NCBI RefSeq assembly: GCF_009914755.1
Contig: NC_060929.1
Origin: the human T2T-CHM13v2.0 reference genome, Homo sapiens
Reading direction: 5' to 3' (one strand)
DNA: 64,000 bases
Below are positions 59,980-64,000 of this stretch, piece by piece; position 1 is the first letter of the stretch, and the number at the start of each line of letters is the position of its first letter. A program made the translations under genes and the position numbers. The notes beneath the pieces are model-generated. The model made no database searches. It saw only the letters and a program-made list of their open reading frames with translations, and was not told the DNA's origin.

Positions 59980-62147
59980 CTTCTAACAATAAAAAACATT
60001 ATAAGTATTATAATTTCTGGCTGTATTATTCAATTTTATGTAAGGTTATCTTCTCTCTAATTATATGTATTTTATATCAGACACTGAGCTTTAATTCCTT
60101 TAAAATATATTTATTTGGTTCTCAAGAGAATCTGTACAGTTTGAAGTACTTAACAATACCAAGTGGCTTGTTTCATATTGGATGTTATAAAATTAACAAA
60201 AAGACTTATTCAAAAATATTGATCATATCTCCCTAATGAGAGCAATGTACGTTTTTATCATAAAGGCTTACATACACGAATTACGATTACTATACCATGA
60301 GTCCTAAAATACATTTCTATGTTCTCTTGGCTAACAAAGCTTTGTTTGCATCAGTTTTTTTTAATCAATCCAGTTCTCTGTTTAGCATTCTAAAATATTG
60401 TTGCCTTACACCAAGATTTTTGTTTCTTATTTCAGGTTGTTAATTTCTATGACCCTAAAGTTCTCTGTTTTGACATATTAATTTGGTCAAAACCAGGGTG
60501 TTAAGCATGGAGTTTTACCAAATGGTCCCTTTACTATGCTTGATAAAAACCTTAGCTTCTTGTATTACTTGAATATAAGTGACTATACACAACTGCAAAT
60601 TTCTAACTTTCAAATCGGGCTGTTCAACATCTTGTGTCTGATTCTTTGCTTTTCCTCTGCCAAGTTCAGCATTCCATAAGCTATGATGAAAGAAGACTAA
60701 TTTGAAAGTTTTCTCTTTAGGGAAAATGTATTTCCTTCTCAAAGTCAGAGCTTGAAATGGATACTACCATTGGACGTTATCATAAATGGATACTCCATTA
60801 GATTATAATGTAACATTTTCTGTATATAATTCAAGCTTTCTCATATGGCTACGACATTTTTTAGAATGCACCTTTAATTTACCCATATATATGCAATAAT
60901 GTGTGAGTTAAAGATACAACAGAATGTGTGTGTGTGTGTACATATGTGTCTGTGTGGGTGTGACCTATATTTAAATGTTTATATAACCAGTTAATCAAAT
61001 ACTTACTGATTAATCTTTAGTATTCAACATGATAATAACAAATACTTTAATACTTTTTTTTGTATCTTGACATTAAGATTACTAGATATTATTTAATAAG
61101 GTAATACACACAACTCTACTCAAGTAGAAAACATTTTTCCAATATATGAAATGCAACACATAGTTCTCAAAACTATCCAGGATACCTGCAGAGGTTCTCT
61201 GTTTCCTTTATGTGTCCATTACAGGTCTGAAATAAACTACATATTTTCAACCTTTTTTCATGACAAGTTGAAAGATATATTTATTAGAAAAAGCCTAAAT
61301 GCTGCTTCCAATTTTTTAAATCTAAATTTTGTATCCATAAGACCTCTTTTACCTAAGCAAAATTTGTTTTGATACAGAAACCTGAATCAGTCGTTCATGT
61401 GTCTGTCATAACATATGTAGTTGGGATTTCATGTTGCTTTTTTATTTTTAGGTTAACAAGTAAAAAGCCAACTAACCTTTTTCTTCCAATTCAAGCCTTC
61501 AAAAATGTTATAAACATTTTTAAAACAGATATATGTGATTATAGATAATATATCTTGACTCAAATAAACCCTCTTATCAGGAGCTAGCCAAAGCATATTT
61601 CTAGTGAGTGGCTTTCTTGTGTCATTTTGTCAGTGATTATCAGCAAAGATTTAAGTAATAACTAGCAAATATCCTACCTGCATTTGGATGTGAGGTAGAA
61701 GGCCACTGCGGACTTTTCGTCATCTCTTTTAGTGACAATCTTCCCTATTAAAGTTATTTAGCCAAGGAAAATATCTGACAAACTTGTTTACTACTTAAAT
61801 ATGCTAACCAGTAATAATAAGGTATGTGAAACATCTGTGCTAAATGTGAGTTTCACAAAGATAGGTTTTCAGCTTTAGAAAAGTGTAGATATGTCCTCAT
61901 TTCAAATGCACACATGCAAATTATTATTCTTGTCTGAAACTGGCATACCCTAGGATTCCTATTTGATTGCTTTAGGAGACTTGTTTGGGCCTACACATAT
62001 ATTGATTTAGAGAAAATGTAAACCACATTAATCTGGGTACCAGGAGATTAGAATTCTTGACTCAGACCTGTTATTGACTTATTTTTTAGGCATTTATTAA
62101 TCCTTATCATGGCTCAGTTTTCCTATCTGGAAGTAGGGTTAGGAAAT

Positions 62148-62262
62148 ACATATATAATATTATATAACATTTATTTATATATAATATATATAAATATATT
62201 ATTTATTATATATAAATTATATATTTTAATATACAAATAAAAATTTTATAACGTATATATAA
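62148..62262. repeat. AT-rich low-complexity tract
   Basis: Degenerate (TA)n/TTATA. Confidence 0.85.
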
Positions 62263-62750
62263 AATTCACAGATATATTGCATGGAAAGTAAGAGAATAAA
62301 GATGCTGTATTAATATAAGCTATTAGGTGTAGCAACACAGAAATATTAAAACTTTAATGCTTAGTTTCAATTTTTATAAATGTTTATTTATTTCTTAAAC
62401 TTGTATTTCTAAGCCACGAATGCCTTGGGAAATGTAGCAAATCATTTACAAATTTCTGAGAAACAAATATGTAATTTTCATCTACCTATGATGGACTCTC
62501 TCAATTACTATTTTGTAAGAAAAGACAAACTAACTTATAATTCCTCCCAAAGGTATTCTTGGTTAGGCAGCAGATGAGCTATATGTAGGAATATGGTGCA
62601 ATCGAAATCTAATTATATTCATGTTCTTATTTGCATAGTTTTTTCCTGTTCAATGTCACCCAGGAACTACTAAGCATAAAAGAATCAGTATAACTTCTGG
62701 CAACTGTGTTTTACAATCTCCCCTTTGCTCTCAACCAGCATAATTTTAAT

Positions 62751-62979
62751 CAAAGGTTGGCAATCTATGGCCCACAGGCCAGATTTTACTCACCACACTG
62801 TCTGTTTTTATAAATTAAGAGTTATTGTAACACAGCTGAGCCCATTCATTTATGTATTGTGTATGGTTTCTCTTGCAATGTAACAGGGAGTCCAGTGCTT
62901 GTAAAAGATACTGTATGCACTGCAAATCTCAAAATATTTACTATGTGGCCCTGTCCAAATAAAATGTGTTGGTGCTTAG
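62751..62979 (+). mobile_element. MER58A-like hAT-Charlie MITE
   Basis: CAAAGGTTGGCAATCTATGGCCCACAGGCCAGAT..CCCATTCATTTATGTATTGT..AAAATATTTACTATGTGGCCCT. Confidence 0.8.
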
Positions 62980-63379
62980 TCTAAATCATCATTTTCTTAT
63001 TTTATAAAGCTATGGAGAGGCAGCATATTGTAATTGGAAGAAATACAGATTTAGTGTCAGAAACTCTTCTTCATACCCCAAACCTCAATTTCTTTATATA
63101 TAAAAAGACGACAAGTTAGCCTTGTTCTTTCCATAAACATGGAAGAACTTTAGAGTCTGGAAAGTTGTCTGTTGCATCTCTTGGACATAGGTAGCTAGAT
63201 ATTTAGGCCCCAATAAGCTCTTCCCCCGCCCATGAGTTACATAACTATGAGGTGGATCATGATGCTGTTTCTTTACCACAGACTGTTATATAGGAACCTG
63301 AAATAGGTTGTATGGAAAAGAAAATGATAAGGCAATAAAGCTCTATTTCATGAGCTATACCATCTGTAGAGTAGGCAAA

Positions 63380-63665
63380 ACTGTTAAAACATGAGTCATA
63401 TAGTGTCACTCCTCTTTGCTGAAAACTCTGCACAGCTCCTCCTTTTACTTCAAAGTCTTGCAAGCCTGCAAGGTATTGCATAACCTGACCCACCCTTACC
63501 TGCATTCTCTCATCTCACACTACTCTCCCCGTCATTATTCCAGTGCACTCATACTCGCCTCTGTGCAGTGCCTGAATCACTCAGTGTGCTGGAACATGAG
63601 GCTTTCACATCTTGCCTGGCTGCCCCCCTACCTTTCTTCAGGACTTTGATCAAATTATCACCTTT
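63380..63665 (+). mobile_element. L2 remnant
   Basis: TGTCACTCCTCTTTGCTGAAAACTCT..CAAAGTCTT..GCCTGCAAGG..TAACCTGACCC, the L2 ORF2 3' region. Confidence 0.7.
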
Positions 63666-63674
63666 CATCAATGC

Positions 63675-63998
<324 letters not shown>

Positions 63999-64000
63999 TT

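Overview
AT-rich, CpG-depleted primate (human-like) genomic DNA, intronic or intergenic. No host protein-coding gene, RNA gene or CpG island is recognisable. The ORF track is mostly chance ORFs, Alu-derived ORFs and retroelement remnants. The main elements are: an internally deleted HERV-S/HERVL18-type provirus (56077-59561, minus strand) with two LTR18 LTRs, CATGA TSD, a tRNA-Ser PBS and gag/pro/RT/env remnants; a ~5-kb L1PA7-like LINE-1 with a twin-priming inversion (20296-25284); an L1PA4-like 3' fragment nested in an LTR16 element; two ERV1 solo LTRs; about a dozen Alus or Alu fragments; and older MaLR, L1M, L2, MIR and DNA-transposon remnants. The most unusual observation is an Alu (59593-59990) whose TSD also encloses 46 bp of unique DNA and a second A-tail, the signature of an Alu 3' transduction. 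I see no evidence for a new biological system. Repeat family and subfamily names come from recalled consensus sequences, not database searches.
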